Shown piece by piece: positions 1 through 11,646 of a stretch of DNA of 64,000 nucleotides. Where the stretch lies: contig OZ244196.1 of NCBI GenBank assembly GCA_965216795.1, positions 2,650,368-2,714,367 on the forward strand, written 5' to 3'. Made by a program: the position numbers and the translations under genes. Positions within the stretch are counted from its first letter, which is position 1; every line of letters starts with the position of its first letter. The notes below the pieces were generated by a model. It was not told where the DNA came from. It did no database searches and saw nothing but the letters and a program-made list of their open reading frames with translations. Source of the stretch: Pseudomonadales bacterium. GTDB taxonomy: Bacteria; Pseudomonadota; Gammaproteobacteria; Pseudomonadales; UBA7434.

Positions 1-1
1 T

Positions 2-133
2 GAGGCGCTACGCAATGTGATCGATGATATCCGCCACGACCGCCTGTACAGCGTGACGCATGATGGCCCCACCGAGGCTTTCCAGCAGCGCAGCGATGCG
101 ATTATGGCGGCGATTGCCAGGGCTGACCGTTAA
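2..133 (+). CDS. 3' end of an unidentified CDS entering from upstream of the window
   Basis: Open frame from the window edge (...RNVIDDIRHDRLYSVTHDGPTEAFQQRSDAIMAAIARADR*) ending at TAA 131-133. No recognisable motif. Confidence 0.3.
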   Translation, partial: EALRNVIDDIRHDRLYSVTHDGPTEAFQQRSDAIMAAIARADR

Positions 134-1050
134 GCGTTGTTTGCCTGATCAGGTAGCGACAGTATTTCCGCGGTTTCGATACAACTTGCCACCGGTCTGC
201 CAACGGTATGGCAAAGCTCAACCGCTTTCTGCGTGAGCGCCAGGTTGGTAGGCTGGTCTTCCCCAAGATGGTCTTCAAGCCCGGTATGAATATGGCCGCC
301 TCTCTCCAGCGCCAGTTTGGCGATGGGCGTGTCAAAAATATCGCCGCCCATGACGGCGACCGACCAGGGCAGCGTGCAGCCTTCGAGCTCCATCATCTCA
401 AGGTAGGCGTTCAGCGCAGTTTCGGTCGGTGGTAAGCCAAAGCTGACGCCTTTGCCCCAGCCCATGTAACCGGAGTCGCCGCCAAAGTAGAATTTGATCA
501 TCGCGCCCGGTGGGATCTTGCCCAGTCGCCAGTATGAAAACGTATTGCGCAGGAAGCCGGGCTCGTAAATCGCCAGGCTGGCACCCAGCCGCCAGCGCTC
601 GCACTGCGCGAGCGCGACTTCCATATCGGCGAAGGTATTGATATAGGCAAAGCTGTCTTTGCTGGGTGTGCCATCGTCATCGGCCCAGCCCAGAATCAGC
701 GAGCCGGGGTCGAGAATGCCGCAGCGAATCGCGCCTGCCTCTGCAAGGATATCGATATGGCGAAGCTTGTCCGCCATGGTCTCTCCGCCACCCAGAGTGG
801 GGTAAAGCAGGGCATCGGGGATCTTCTCGAGTACCTGCCGGTAGCTTTGCAGGTAGACCTGTGCCGCCTCATCACCCGGCAAACCAAAATCGCTCAGTGG
901 CGTGTGAGTGTGGACGATGGCTGCGCCGGCATCGAAGCACTCGATGCTCTGCCGGGCAATGCTGTCGGGCGTTACCGGCACGTGCGGATTGCGTGCTTCC
1001 TGCGTGGCGCCGTTCAGCGCGATTTCGATGATGACCGGTTCTATTGACAT
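130..1050 (-). CDS. 3-keto-5-aminohexanoate cleavage enzyme family (BKACE/DUF849)
   Basis: 306 aa. The N-terminal VIIEIALNGA motif and overall pattern are typical of the BKACE TIM-barrel family. Confidence 0.75.
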   Translation of the reverse strand: MSIEPVIIEIALNGATQEARNPHVPVTPDSIARQSIECFDAGAAIVHTHTPLSDFGLPGDEAAQVYLQSYRQVLEKIPDALLYPTLGGGETMADKLRHIDILAEAGAIRCGILDPGSLILGWADDDGTPSKDSFAYINTFADMEVALAQCERWRLGASLAIYEPGFLRNTFSYWRLGKIPPGAMIKFYFGGDSGYMGWGKGVSFGLPPTETALNAYLEMMELEGCTLPWSVAVMGGDIFDTPIAKLALERGGHIHTGLEDHLGEDQPTNLALTQKAVELCHTVGRPVASCIETAEILSLPDQANNA

Positions 1051-1086
1051 GGTCGCTTCACAAGGGTGGTTGGGAGATGTGGCGGT

Positions 1087-2178
1087 TTAAACCAGCGCCT
1101 GCCACTGGCCGCCACTGGCGTGGGTCGCCCTTGCTGCATCCATCGTCCGCTGGCCGATGACGGCATCTTCAAAGGTCGGGTAGGGTGTGGGGTGGCTCGG
1201 GCTCTGGCCCTGCATAGTCTCGAGAATGCTCTGGTAGAGCCGGGTATACGGCCCGATATTGTTGGCGCCGGCGCAGAGCTTGTCGTAGGTGGTTTCAATA
1301 AATTCCATCGTCTGCGGCTGCATGTTGTGCAATACCAGCTCGGGGCGTATCTCCAGTTTGCGGTCACCGCTCGCATTGCTCACATAGACGTCGCTGCCGA
1401 CCTGCCGGATGGCGCCCTGGGTGCCCGCGACCCTGAGTTCGACCAGCGGCGGCCCAAAATCACTGATGCTGCTCTGGATGATGCCCGAGACGCCACTGAC
1501 AGTGCGAAAGTGAAACGAGAAGGTATCTTCTGCGCTCCAGCCATGTCGGGAAATCGTATCGCAGGAGCCGCTAATGCCGCTGAGCTCGCTGCCCAACACA
1601 AAGCGCGTGGTATCGAACATATGTACGGCGTGGGCGCCGAGCCAGCCGCCGCCCTGGTCGGCATCCTGCCACCACTCGGGCACGGTCGTGCCCTCGTAGG
1701 CAAACATTGGCAGCGACAGTGCGTGGGTCATCATGCGAGGCTCACCGATCATGCCTTCGGCGATTGCCAGGCGCATCAGCGAGTGGTGTGGATCGAAGCG
1801 ATGTTCGTGGCCCAGTACATGAATCAGGCCCGATTCGCGCGCCAGTGCGAGCATTTCTTCAGCCTGGCCAAGATCGCGTGCAAAGGGCTTCTCACAGAGT
1901 ACGTGTTTGCCCGCTGCAAACGCGGCGCGAACGATGTCAAGATGGCTGTGGGGTGGCGTGGTCACACTGACCAGGTCGACGCCTGGCAGGGCCAGCGCCT
2001 CCTCCATCGAGGTTAGCGCCAACGGAATGCCGGCGAATTCAGCACGCGCCTGGGTCTTGGCCGGGTCGCGGCCGACAATGGCTTTCACATCGAAGCCCGC
2101 CGCCTTGAGTGCCACTGCGTGTATGGTTAGCCCCACACTGGTGCCAAAGATTACTGCGCCGGGTGTTTGTTCGCTCAT
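1087..2178 (-). CDS. Gfo/Idh/MocA family oxidoreductase
   Basis: 363 aa. N-terminal Rossmann segment (GAVIFGTSVGLTIHAVALKAAGFDVKAIVGRD) and an EKP motif (VLCEKPFA). Confidence 0.8.
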   Translation of the reverse strand: MSEQTPGAVIFGTSVGLTIHAVALKAAGFDVKAIVGRDPAKTQARAEFAGIPLALTSMEEALALPGVDLVSVTTPPHSHLDIVRAAFAAGKHVLCEKPFARDLGQAEEMLALARESGLIHVLGHEHRFDPHHSLMRLAIAEGMIGEPRMMTHALSLPMFAYEGTTVPEWWQDADQGGGWLGAHAVHMFDTTRFVLGSELSGISGSCDTISRHGWSAEDTFSFHFRTVSGVSGIIQSSISDFGPPLVELRVAGTQGAIRQVGSDVYVSNASGDRKLEIRPELVLHNMQPQTMEFIETTYDKLCAGANNIGPYTRLYQSILETMQGQSPSHPTPYPTFEDAVIGQRTMDAARATHASGGQWQALV

Positions 2179-2379
2179 GGTCCAATCGCCTTCTGTTGGT
2201 CGGGCCGGCCACCGTCGTGGGCCTGGGGCTTGCTGTGCTCGCCATTATATTTGAATTGCAGCAGTGGAATTTAACATTCGGCAAGGTGCGCGGGCGCCAG
2301 ACAGGACATTTGCTAGAATCGGCACAGGCCAGGCAGGCAGTCCCAGCCTCAGCAAGGCCCCTTTATCGGAGAAAACGTC

Positions 2380-4113
2380 ATGTTCGATTTGAAGATCACC
2401 GGCGGCACGATTGTCGATGGCACAGGCGCAGCGCGTTACGTGGGCGATGTAGCGATTAAAGAAGGTGTCATTGTCGAAGTGGGGCCGCAGGTCGCGGGAG
2501 ACGCACGCGAGACAATTGATGCGACCGGCCAGCTGGTCACACCGGGCTTTGTCGATATTCACACGCACTACGATGGGCAGGCTACCTGGGATTCCTTGCT
2601 CGACCCATCGGCCAGCCACGGGGTTACGACCATCGTCGCCGGCAACTGTGGCGTTGGTTTTGCCCCGGTGCGACCCGGTGATGAAAAGCGCCTGATCGAG
2701 ATGATGGAAGGCGTCGAGGATATTCCCGGCACGGCGCTGTATGAGGGCATCCAGTGGGAGTGGGAGAGCTTTCCGGAGTATCTCGATGCCCTGGATCGGC
2801 GCGAGTACGCCATGGATATCGCGGCGTTTGTGCCGCACGCGCCGATCAGGCTGTACGTCATGGGCGATCGCGGCGAGCGCAATGAAGAGGCAACGGCAGA
2901 GGATATCGCCGCCATGTCTGCCCACGTGCATGATGCGATCAAGGCAGGTGCCGTCGGCTTTTCGACTTCGCGCTCGCTGAATCACAAAACCCTCGACGGT
3001 GAACTGGTTGCCGGTACCTACGCCGGGCAAGATGAACTTGAAGGCATGGTCAATGCCATGCTCGAGGCTGGTGGTGGTCTATTCGAGGTCGTGCCGCAGG
3101 GCGAAACCGAAGCCGACGAAGCGCTGATTCTTGGCGAAATCGACATGATGAGCCGGGTCTCGAAAGCGACCGGTGCAGAGATTTCGTTTTTGATGGTGCA
3201 GGCCAATGGCGCTGCCGACCTGTGGCGCAAGCAAATGGCAGCGACCGCCGAGGCCAATGCCAGCGGTGCGAAGCTGGTACCCCAGGTGGGTGGTCGCCCG
3301 GGCGGCATGCTGATCGGGCTTGAGAGTTACCACGGCTTCATGCGCAAACCGACGTTCCGCAAGCTCGAGGCCGAGTACTCTGGCGATGCGCTCAAGGCGG
3401 CACTGCGCGAGCCTGCCAACCGCGCGGCGATTCTTTCCGAGGCCGATGAGCCACTGACCCCGAGCGAGCAGTTCGGCACGATGACCGAAGTGATGGAGAT
3501 GCTGTTCCCGGCGATGTACCCGCTGGGTGACCCACCCAACTACGAGCAGACCCACGATCGATCTATCATGGGCATTGCCGAGTCAACCGGTCGCGACCCC
3601 TGGGAAGTGCATTACGACCTGCTGGTGGAGGGCGACTGGGTGCTGGGTGCGTTTACCAACTACGCGCAGGCCAGCCAGGAGCCCCTGCGCGAGATGATTT
3701 CTGATCCATCAACGGTATTGGGCCTGTCGGATGGTGGTGCCCACGCAAAGATGATCTGTGATGCGTCGGTGCCTACCTATATGCTGACGCACTGGGTGCG
3801 TGATCGCGATCGCGGTGAACGACTTGCGCTGGAGAGCGTGATCAAAAAGCAGTGCGCGGATACAGCGCGCATTGTCGGTATGCGCGATCGTGGCACAATC
3901 GCGGTGGGCAAAAAGGCCGACCTGAACGTCATCGACTTTGAAGGCCTGACATTGCACGCGCCACGGTCGGTCAATGACCTGCCTGCTGGCGGCGCGCGTA
4001 TCTTGCAGGACGCATCGGGTTACACAGCGACGATTGTCAGCGGTGTGGTAACGCGCAGGAACGATTCTGACACAGGCGCGCGACCTGGTCGCCTGGTGCG
4101 CGCAGCGGGTTAA
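2380..4113 (+). CDS. D-aminoacylase-like amidohydrolase (N-acyl-D-amino-acid deacylase family)
   Basis: 577 aa. MFDLKITGGTIVDGTG...PGFVDIHTHYD metal-binding HxH motif, typical of this amidohydrolase subfamily. Confidence 0.8.
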   Translation: MFDLKITGGTIVDGTGAARYVGDVAIKEGVIVEVGPQVAGDARETIDATGQLVTPGFVDIHTHYDGQATWDSLLDPSASHGVTTIVAGNCGVGFAPVRPGDEKRLIEMMEGVEDIPGTALYEGIQWEWESFPEYLDALDRREYAMDIAAFVPHAPIRLYVMGDRGERNEEATAEDIAAMSAHVHDAIKAGAVGFSTSRSLNHKTLDGELVAGTYAGQDELEGMVNAMLEAGGGLFEVVPQGETEADEALILGEIDMMSRVSKATGAEISFLMVQANGAADLWRKQMAATAEANASGAKLVPQVGGRPGGMLIGLESYHGFMRKPTFRKLEAEYSGDALKAALREPANRAAILSEADEPLTPSEQFGTMTEVMEMLFPAMYPLGDPPNYEQTHDRSIMGIAESTGRDPWEVHYDLLVEGDWVLGAFTNYAQASQEPLREMISDPSTVLGLSDGGAHAKMICDASVPTYMLTHWVRDRDRGERLALESVIKKQCADTARIVGMRDRGTIAVGKKADLNVIDFEGLTLHAPRSVNDLPAGGARILQDASGYTATIVSGVVTRRNDSDTGARPGRLVRAAG

Positions 4114-4124
4114 GCGCTATAGTG

Positions 4125-4159
4125 AACCAGGCTGCATCGGTGGCGATGCGTCGTCGCCA
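4125..4159. terminator. Perfect 14-bp-stem hairpin between convergent genes
   Basis: tgcatcggtggcga-tgcgtcg-tcgccaccgatgca lies between the stops at 4113 (+) and 4181 (-). No clear U-tract. Confidence 0.4.
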
Positions 4160-4180
4160 CCGATGCAATGGCCCGGCGGC

Positions 4181-5485
4181 TTACTGCCTGCCAAAGCGCT
4201 GGTAGAAGTCCGTCAGCTCCAGCGTGAAGTTGTCGGCTTCCACAAACTCCTCATCATTCATTTCAGGCTGCTCGTACTGGCGGTACCAGCTCGCGTATTC
4301 ATCGAGCTCCCTGGACTGGACCTTGTAATGTGATGAATAGGTGCTGACGCGCAGCAGCGGTGTGTCGCCGGTAAAGTCAAAGTGCATCAGGCGAAACCAG
4401 CCATCGCCGATGCCGGTGGGTCTGCCCAGTTGTGGGTGCAGCGGCTGCCCGGCATCGACGCCGGATTGCCCACGGTCCTGGTAGTCGGCCATCATCTGGT
4501 AAACCTCGCCGCCCTCAACATTGCCATCAATGCGCAGGCCCTGGCCATGCTGGTGGCCCGACAGCACCATAAAGATCTGTGGGTGTTTCGAGATAAACTT
4601 CTGCCAGAGCATTTCGGCATTGTTGTGGCGCGGGTCAACCGCATGGAAGTCGACGATGGGCGCGGCCTTGCGCTCGCTTTTTGCGTTCAGGAAGTCATGG
4701 GTGGTGAGAATCGTCGGCAGCCCCGGGTTCTTTTCGATCACTGTGCTGGCCCAGGCCAGCGTATCGTCTTTGGGTGACATATCCAGGGCAAGGTGCAAGA
4801 AGGTGTATCCCGCCGCGGAAAAGATCTGCGCGCTACTGGCGCCACCGTCATAACTGTCGATATACCAGTCTTTGCCAGCAAAGAATTCAGAATCGTTGCC
4901 AAATACGCTGCGGAAGTTATCCAGTCCGCCAGCATGGATAATACCCAGTGACTCAGGTGTCATGCGCAGTTTCTTCGGGTCTGTGGTGGGTGGCCAGCGC
5001 GCATCGCCCCACATGGCGTCATAGTCGTGGTTGCCAGGCACCACGCCAAAGGGCAGGCCGGCCTCAGCCAGTATGCGGAAGCCTTCACGCGCAGCGGGCA
5101 TTTCAATACCAAACACTTTGTCCGGTACCGGGTGAAAGTGCGAGCCAAACCAGGGGTTCTCTACCGATTCGAAACCCGCGTGCTTGTGATCATCGTCCAT
5201 ATCGATGGTCTGGTGCTGCCAGACATCGCCCAGGTGGATGGCAAACACGATGTCGCCGCCGCGGGTGACCGCGTTGCGGGCGATGTAATCCATTTGGGCC
5301 ATAAACTGGTCGGCCGCATCGAGCGCAAAGCCTTCAGCGGTCTGGTGCGTATAGTCGAGATAGTTCTGCGTATCGGGGATGGCCGCGACGGTAAAGCGCT
5401 TGAGATCCGGCGCCTGTTGCTCGGGTGCGCTGCAGCTGAGCAGTGCAAACAGGCAAAACAGGCCAACAAGGTTTTTTATGTTCAT
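4181..5485 (-). CDS. Secreted/lipoprotein calcineurin-like metallophosphoesterase
   Basis: 434 aa. Signal peptide with lipobox (LLSCS), plus GDVWQH and VPGNHD phosphoesterase motifs. Confidence 0.75.
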   Translation of the reverse strand: MNIKNLVGLFCLFALLSCSAPEQQAPDLKRFTVAAIPDTQNYLDYTHQTAEGFALDAADQFMAQMDYIARNAVTRGGDIVFAIHLGDVWQHQTIDMDDDHKHAGFESVENPWFGSHFHPVPDKVFGIEMPAAREGFRILAEAGLPFGVVPGNHDYDAMWGDARWPPTTDPKKLRMTPESLGIIHAGGLDNFRSVFGNDSEFFAGKDWYIDSYDGGASSAQIFSAAGYTFLHLALDMSPKDDTLAWASTVIEKNPGLPTILTTHDFLNAKSERKAAPIVDFHAVDPRHNNAEMLWQKFISKHPQIFMVLSGHQHGQGLRIDGNVEGGEVYQMMADYQDRGQSGVDAGQPLHPQLGRPTGIGDGWFRLMHFDFTGDTPLLRVSTYSSHYKVQSRELDEYASWYRQYEQPEMNDEEFVEADNFTLELTDFYQRFGRQ

Positions 5486-5679
5486 TTTTTAACGTCTCGA
5501 TTCTGTTGTTTATGGGTCGTTAGTTTATGGGGCGTTTGTTTAAGGGCGCTCTGGCGCGGTAGCGGGTACTGCGCGCAACCGGCTGTCAACAGCGTGCAAG
5601 CGGGTATAGCCTAACATGCGAATGCAAAGTAAGGTACTCTGCAGGCCTGCCGGGTATCAACACCGGTAGCACAGCGAGA

Positions 5680-7575
<1,896 letters not shown>

Positions 7576-7609
7576 CCAGCGCGACCTGCCTCAGCCGCAG
7601 GAGCGCGGT

Positions 7610-8050
7610 TTAGCGTGCAATTTCTTCCATGATTTTTTCGCGCGCGCTGGTTAGCAGGGCCAGCAGTGCTTTTCGTTCACTGGCCGAAAGCGGTAAAAAC
7701 GTATCGTCCAGGCCTGCGATATCTGTTTTTTCAAAGCGCGTCTTGAGTGCCTTGCCCTTGCTGGTGAGGCTGATCATCACCGTGCGCCGGTCTGCCTCAC
7801 CGTTGTGCCGCTGTACGTAGCCTTTTGACACCAGCTTGTCGATCTGCCGGGTGACGGTCGACGCGCCCTTGATCGACCACAGGTTCAGTTCGGTCTGGCT
7901 CTGGTTATCCCTGTCCCACAACTGGTGCATAAACACGGACTCCTCGGGGGTCAGGTCAATATCCAGCGATTTCATGCGGTGCGCGGTCAGCTGCTGGAGC
8001 AGGTTGCCCGTCTTGGTGAGGTTGTAGCTAATCGATTGGGTCAGGTCCAC
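7610..8050 (-). CDS. MarR family transcriptional regulator
   Basis: 146 aa with a winged-helix MarR pattern (LTPEESVFMHQLW...LVSKGYVQR..GEADRR). Confidence 0.8.
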   Translation of the reverse strand: MDLTQSISYNLTKTGNLLQQLTAHRMKSLDIDLTPEESVFMHQLWDRDNQSQTELNLWSIKGASTVTRQIDKLVSKGYVQRHNGEADRRTVMISLTSKGKALKTRFEKTDIAGLDDTFLPLSASERKALLALLTSAREKIMEEIAR

Positions 8051-8113
8051 GGGTTGCTCCGGGAGGGGCGCAGGCGGCGCGCGGAAACATGAATGATACT
8101 ACATACTTCGATA

Positions 8114-8135
8114 ATGCAATAGTTGCACTATGCAA
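8114..8135. promoter_or_regulatory. Near-palindrome in the MarR/Rieske divergent promoter (candidate MarR operator)
   Basis: atgcaatagt-tgc-actatgcaag, imperfect inverted repeat between divergent genes. Confidence 0.3.
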
Positions 8136-8149
8136 GTAAAACCCGTAGT

Positions 8150-9298
8150 ATGGCGGTCGAATCGGGTCAGATATTGGACAAAGCTATGAACGAGATCAAG
8201 GCAAGAACAGCGGACTATGGGCTTGGGCCCTACACCTATCCCCGGGGCTGGTTTGTCATCGCCGAGGCCAGCCAGCTCAGCCAGGGGCCGATGGCGCTCC
8301 GGTATTTTGGCAAGGAGTTCGCGCTTTACCGGGGCGAAAGTGGGCGAATCGTGCTGCTTGATGCCTACTGCAAGCACATGGGCACGCACCTGACCAAGAG
8401 CCTGTCGGCGCATATCGTGGTGTCGAACCAGAACATTGTCGGTGACAGCATCCTCTGTCCCTACCATGCCTGGCAGTACGGCCCGGACGGCGATCTCGAG
8501 AGCATTCCCTACGAACCGGGCCTGTGCCCGAAATCGGCCAACATCAAGTCTTACCCGGTGCGCGAGCTAATGGGGCTGGTGCTGATGTGGCACGACCCTG
8601 AAGGAGGCGAGCCCGATTTTGACCCGCCATACCTGCCGGCCTGGGATAAAGAAAACGCGGTGCACTGGCAGCTCGATCACCTTGGGCAGGTGCCCATTCA
8701 CCAGCTCGAGATTCTCGACAATATGACCGACGTGCGGCATCTGGGCCCCACGCACGGCTCGCCCTGCGAATACTTTGAGAATGAGTTCAGGGGTCATATC
8801 TCGATCCAGCGCCAGGGCGGCACGCTGGCAACCTACAATGCCCACCTGGATACCGTCACCTGGTACACAGGCCCGGGCATCCTGCTATCCAAGCAGACTT
8901 ACCACGACGTGACGATATTCGAGTTAATCTGCAATACGCCCATTGAAGACGGGCTCACCGAAGCCTGGCACGGCGTGTTGTCCTTCGCGAATAACGTACC
9001 GCCGAGCACCCGCGACCTGGTCGCCGCAAGGCAGGCCCAGGACGCAGCGCTGGCGGCCTTTGCGACGGATTTTGAAGTCTGGAAACACAAAGTGCCCGCG
9101 ATCAAGGTGCTGCAGACCAAACACGATGGACAGTTCAAAACCCAGCGCAAATGGGTAAGCCAGTTCTATATGTCGGCTGAGGATGCCAGTGCACTGCAGC
9201 AGGAGCTCGATGGTGTGCACACGATTGAGAACTTCCCGCAGCCCACCTTCGAAGCGCGCGAGGCGGGCTTTGAAGAGGACTGTTTCGCCTCGGCCTGA
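8150..9298 (+). CDS. Rieske [2Fe-2S] oxygenase, KshA-like (ring/steroid hydroxylase alpha-type)
   Basis: Rieske motif CKHMGTHL...CPYHAWQY. N-terminus resembles KshA (YPRGWFVIAEA). Start uncertain: TTG 8123, ATG 8150 or ATG 8186. Confidence 0.75.
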   Translation: MAVESGQILDKAMNEIKARTADYGLGPYTYPRGWFVIAEASQLSQGPMALRYFGKEFALYRGESGRIVLLDAYCKHMGTHLTKSLSAHIVVSNQNIVGDSILCPYHAWQYGPDGDLESIPYEPGLCPKSANIKSYPVRELMGLVLMWHDPEGGEPDFDPPYLPAWDKENAVHWQLDHLGQVPIHQLEILDNMTDVRHLGPTHGSPCEYFENEFRGHISIQRQGGTLATYNAHLDTVTWYTGPGILLSKQTYHDVTIFELICNTPIEDGLTEAWHGVLSFANNVPPSTRDLVAARQAQDAALAAFATDFEVWKHKVPAIKVLQTKHDGQFKTQRKWVSQFYMSAEDASALQQELDGVHTIENFPQPTFEAREAGFEEDCFASA

Positions 9299-9373
9299 GT
9301 GCGTGGCTGAGCCGCCCGGCAATCGACAGGGTATACTGCCGCTTTTTTCGATCAGGTCGAGGCGGCAAAACCC

Positions 9374-10651
9374 ATGCAGCATCGCGCAGATTATTCTCCA
9401 GCCTATCGGAACTACGTTCTTTTTATACTTTGGCTGGTTTACATACTTAACTTTGTCGACCGCCAGCTGATCAACATTCTGCTCGAGCCGATCAAGCTCG
9501 AGTTTGGCGCCAGCGATACCGCGATGGGTTTCCTGACCGGTTTTGCTTTCGCGCTGTTTTACGCCAGCCTTGGGGTACCCATCGCCCGCCTTGCAGATCG
9601 GTGGTCGCGGCGCAATGTCATCGCCATCTCTGTCGGTATATGGAGTGCGATGACCGCGATCAGCGGCCTGGCCAACAATTTTTTACAGCTGGCCCTGGCC
9701 CGGGTTGGCGTCGGCATTGGCGAGGCAGGCGGCACGCCGCCTTCACACAGCCTTATCGCCGATTATTTTCCGCGTGAGCAGCGCACCACGGCGCTGAGCA
9801 TTCACAGTACGGCGACTCATTTCGGTATTCTCGTTGGCATGATCGTTGGTGCCTATGTGGCGGCGCAGTACGGTTGGCGCATGGCTTTTTTACTGTTCGG
9901 CATTCCTGGCGTGCTTGTCAGTTTGTTGGTGTACCTCACTGTCAGGGAGCCGCCGCGTGTGCAGCCGCCGGCCAGTACCAATATGCTGCAGGACATTCGC
10001 CACGTCTGGCGCCTGCCGGGCTTTGCCCTGATCGCGATTGCCGGGTCGATCACGGCTATCGCGACTTATGGTTTGGGCAACTGGACGCCGGCATTCCTGA
10101 TGCGCACCCACGGTTTGAGCCTGGTACATACCGGTGTATTGATGGGTGTAACCGGCGCATTGAGCGGCATCATTGGCGCGGTGGCCAGTGGCGTACTCTG
10201 CGATCGCCTGTGCCTGCGCGACAAACGCTGGCAGTGCTGGCTGCCGGCACTGGGCGCGCTGGGCACCGCGCCGCTCATGCTGGCCTTTCTGTTGTGGCCT
10301 GAATCGCAGACCTTTGCGCTGGGTGATATCGCAGTGCCGGTTGCGATGCTCTTTACCTTTGTCGGCGGGATCGTTGCCAGCTTCTGGATCGGGCCAACCT
10401 ACGCGGCTATCCAGACGCTGGCGCCGACCCATATGCGCACGCAGGCATCGGCTGTGTTCCTGTTCATGTTCAATTTGCTGGGGCTTGGATTTGGGCCGCT
10501 GCTGGTCGGCATGTTGAGCGATGCGCTGTTGCCTGCGTTTGGTGCAGAGAGCCTGCGCTACGCGCTGTCTATGGCAATGGGCCTGGTGCTGGTGGGCGGG
10601 TACTTTTTCTGGCGAGCCGCACCGCACTACGCCAGTGCAGAGCACCAGTAA
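9374..10651 (+). CDS. MFS transporter
   Basis: 425 aa, about 12 predicted TM segments, MFS loop motif (ADRWSRRNVI). Confidence 0.8.
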   Translation: MQHRADYSPAYRNYVLFILWLVYILNFVDRQLINILLEPIKLEFGASDTAMGFLTGFAFALFYASLGVPIARLADRWSRRNVIAISVGIWSAMTAISGLANNFLQLALARVGVGIGEAGGTPPSHSLIADYFPREQRTTALSIHSTATHFGILVGMIVGAYVAAQYGWRMAFLLFGIPGVLVSLLVYLTVREPPRVQPPASTNMLQDIRHVWRLPGFALIAIAGSITAIATYGLGNWTPAFLMRTHGLSLVHTGVLMGVTGALSGIIGAVASGVLCDRLCLRDKRWQCWLPALGALGTAPLMLAFLLWPESQTFALGDIAVPVAMLFTFVGGIVASFWIGPTYAAIQTLAPTHMRTQASAVFLFMFNLLGLGFGPLLVGMLSDALLPAFGAESLRYALSMAMGLVLVGGYFFWRAAPHYASAEHQ

Positions 10652-10686
10652 ACTGGGCCCGGGCGACGCCTGGCGCAGCAGCGGGC

Positions 10687-11646
10687 TTATTGTTCTTCAG
10701 CAGCGAGTTCGTCAAAGGTGGTCTCTTCAGCGAGCTGCTCAAAGTATTCGTCGACCGAGATGGACCCGGCCAGTTTGAGTGCCGGCGGCTTCATTGCCGA
10801 TGCAAATGTTGGCTGGAAGTTGAAGTCACCACTGTTCTCTATTTGCTGGTAGCTGACGTAAAACACGACGACGGAGACGGCGATGGCCGAGGCGACGGCG
10901 GTGACGTTTTTGATATTGGTCGCGAAAAACAGGTGGATGCGCAGCAGCAGTGCCAATAGCACGAGCGTGGACAGGTAGTCGATGATTTCGTCGGTCAGCA
11001 GACTGTGGGTATTAAATAGCAGCAGCTCCGCGAGCAGCGTCAGGATAATCGACAGGCCGGTAACCAGTGAGACGGCGAGCAAGTGCACGCCGAACCGCGA
11101 CTGGTGGCGAAGAATGCGGCCGGTGATTGCCCAAAGCCCGGCCCACATCAGTACCATGACGCCGCCACTGAGCGTCTCGGTAATATAGGGCGCCCATTCC
11201 AGTGTCGTTGAAGAAGAATAAAACTCAACGAGCAGGGAGGCTGAGCACACCAGCAACAGCGCAGCGAGAGGTATGAAAAGGTTGCCAGCATAGCGTTGCA
11301 GCCTGCCTGGCAGCGCCAGCTTGCGCGTGGGCTCAACCGGGTGTGCGGTCGAGTAAATATCGAGGCTGGTGCGGCCCAGCGTCAGCTGGTCACCGGTCGA
11401 TAACGCAAAAACCGTTTGCCCCGTGCTCTTGCCGTTGACCAGCACGGGGTTGGTCATGTCGAGAACTTCTGCAAACCACTGGTCATCTTCGCGATACAGT
11501 TTCAGCTGCCGTGGTGCGACATAGGCATCGGCCAGCACGATATCGTTGTCGTAGGCTCGGCCGACCGTCATGCTGTCGCCGTGGTTTTTGACCAGCTCGG
11601 CGCCGCGCGCCTGCTTGCCCTCGATTTTGACGACTATTGAATCCAC
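10687..11646 (-). CDS. FHA-domain membrane protein
   Basis: 319 aa. N-terminal FHA fold (TVGRAYDNDIVLAD...VLVNGK...GDQLTLG), then about 5 hydrophobic segments and an acidic tail. Confidence 0.75.
   Translation of the reverse strand: MDSIVVKIEGKQARGAELVKNHGDSMTVGRAYDNDIVLADAYVAPRQLKLYREDDQWFAEVLDMTNPVLVNGKSTGQTVFALSTGDQLTLGRTSLDIYSTAHPVEPTRKLALPGRLQRYAGNLFIPLAALLLVCSASLLVEFYSSSTTLEWAPYITETLSGGVMVLMWAGLWAITGRILRHQSRFGVHLLAVSLVTGLSIILTLLAELLLFNTHSLLTDEIIDYLSTLVLLALLLRIHLFFATNIKNVTAVASAIAVSVVVFYVSYQQIENSGDFNFQPTFASAMKPPALKLAGSISVDEYFEQLAEETTFDELAAEEQ

Noticed and set aside
10687-11646. The FHA protein as a type VI secretion (Fha/TagH) component.
   Set aside because: No T6SS core genes occur anywhere in the window. 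The architecture (polytopic membrane protein coupled to a protease) differs from TagH/Fha1.
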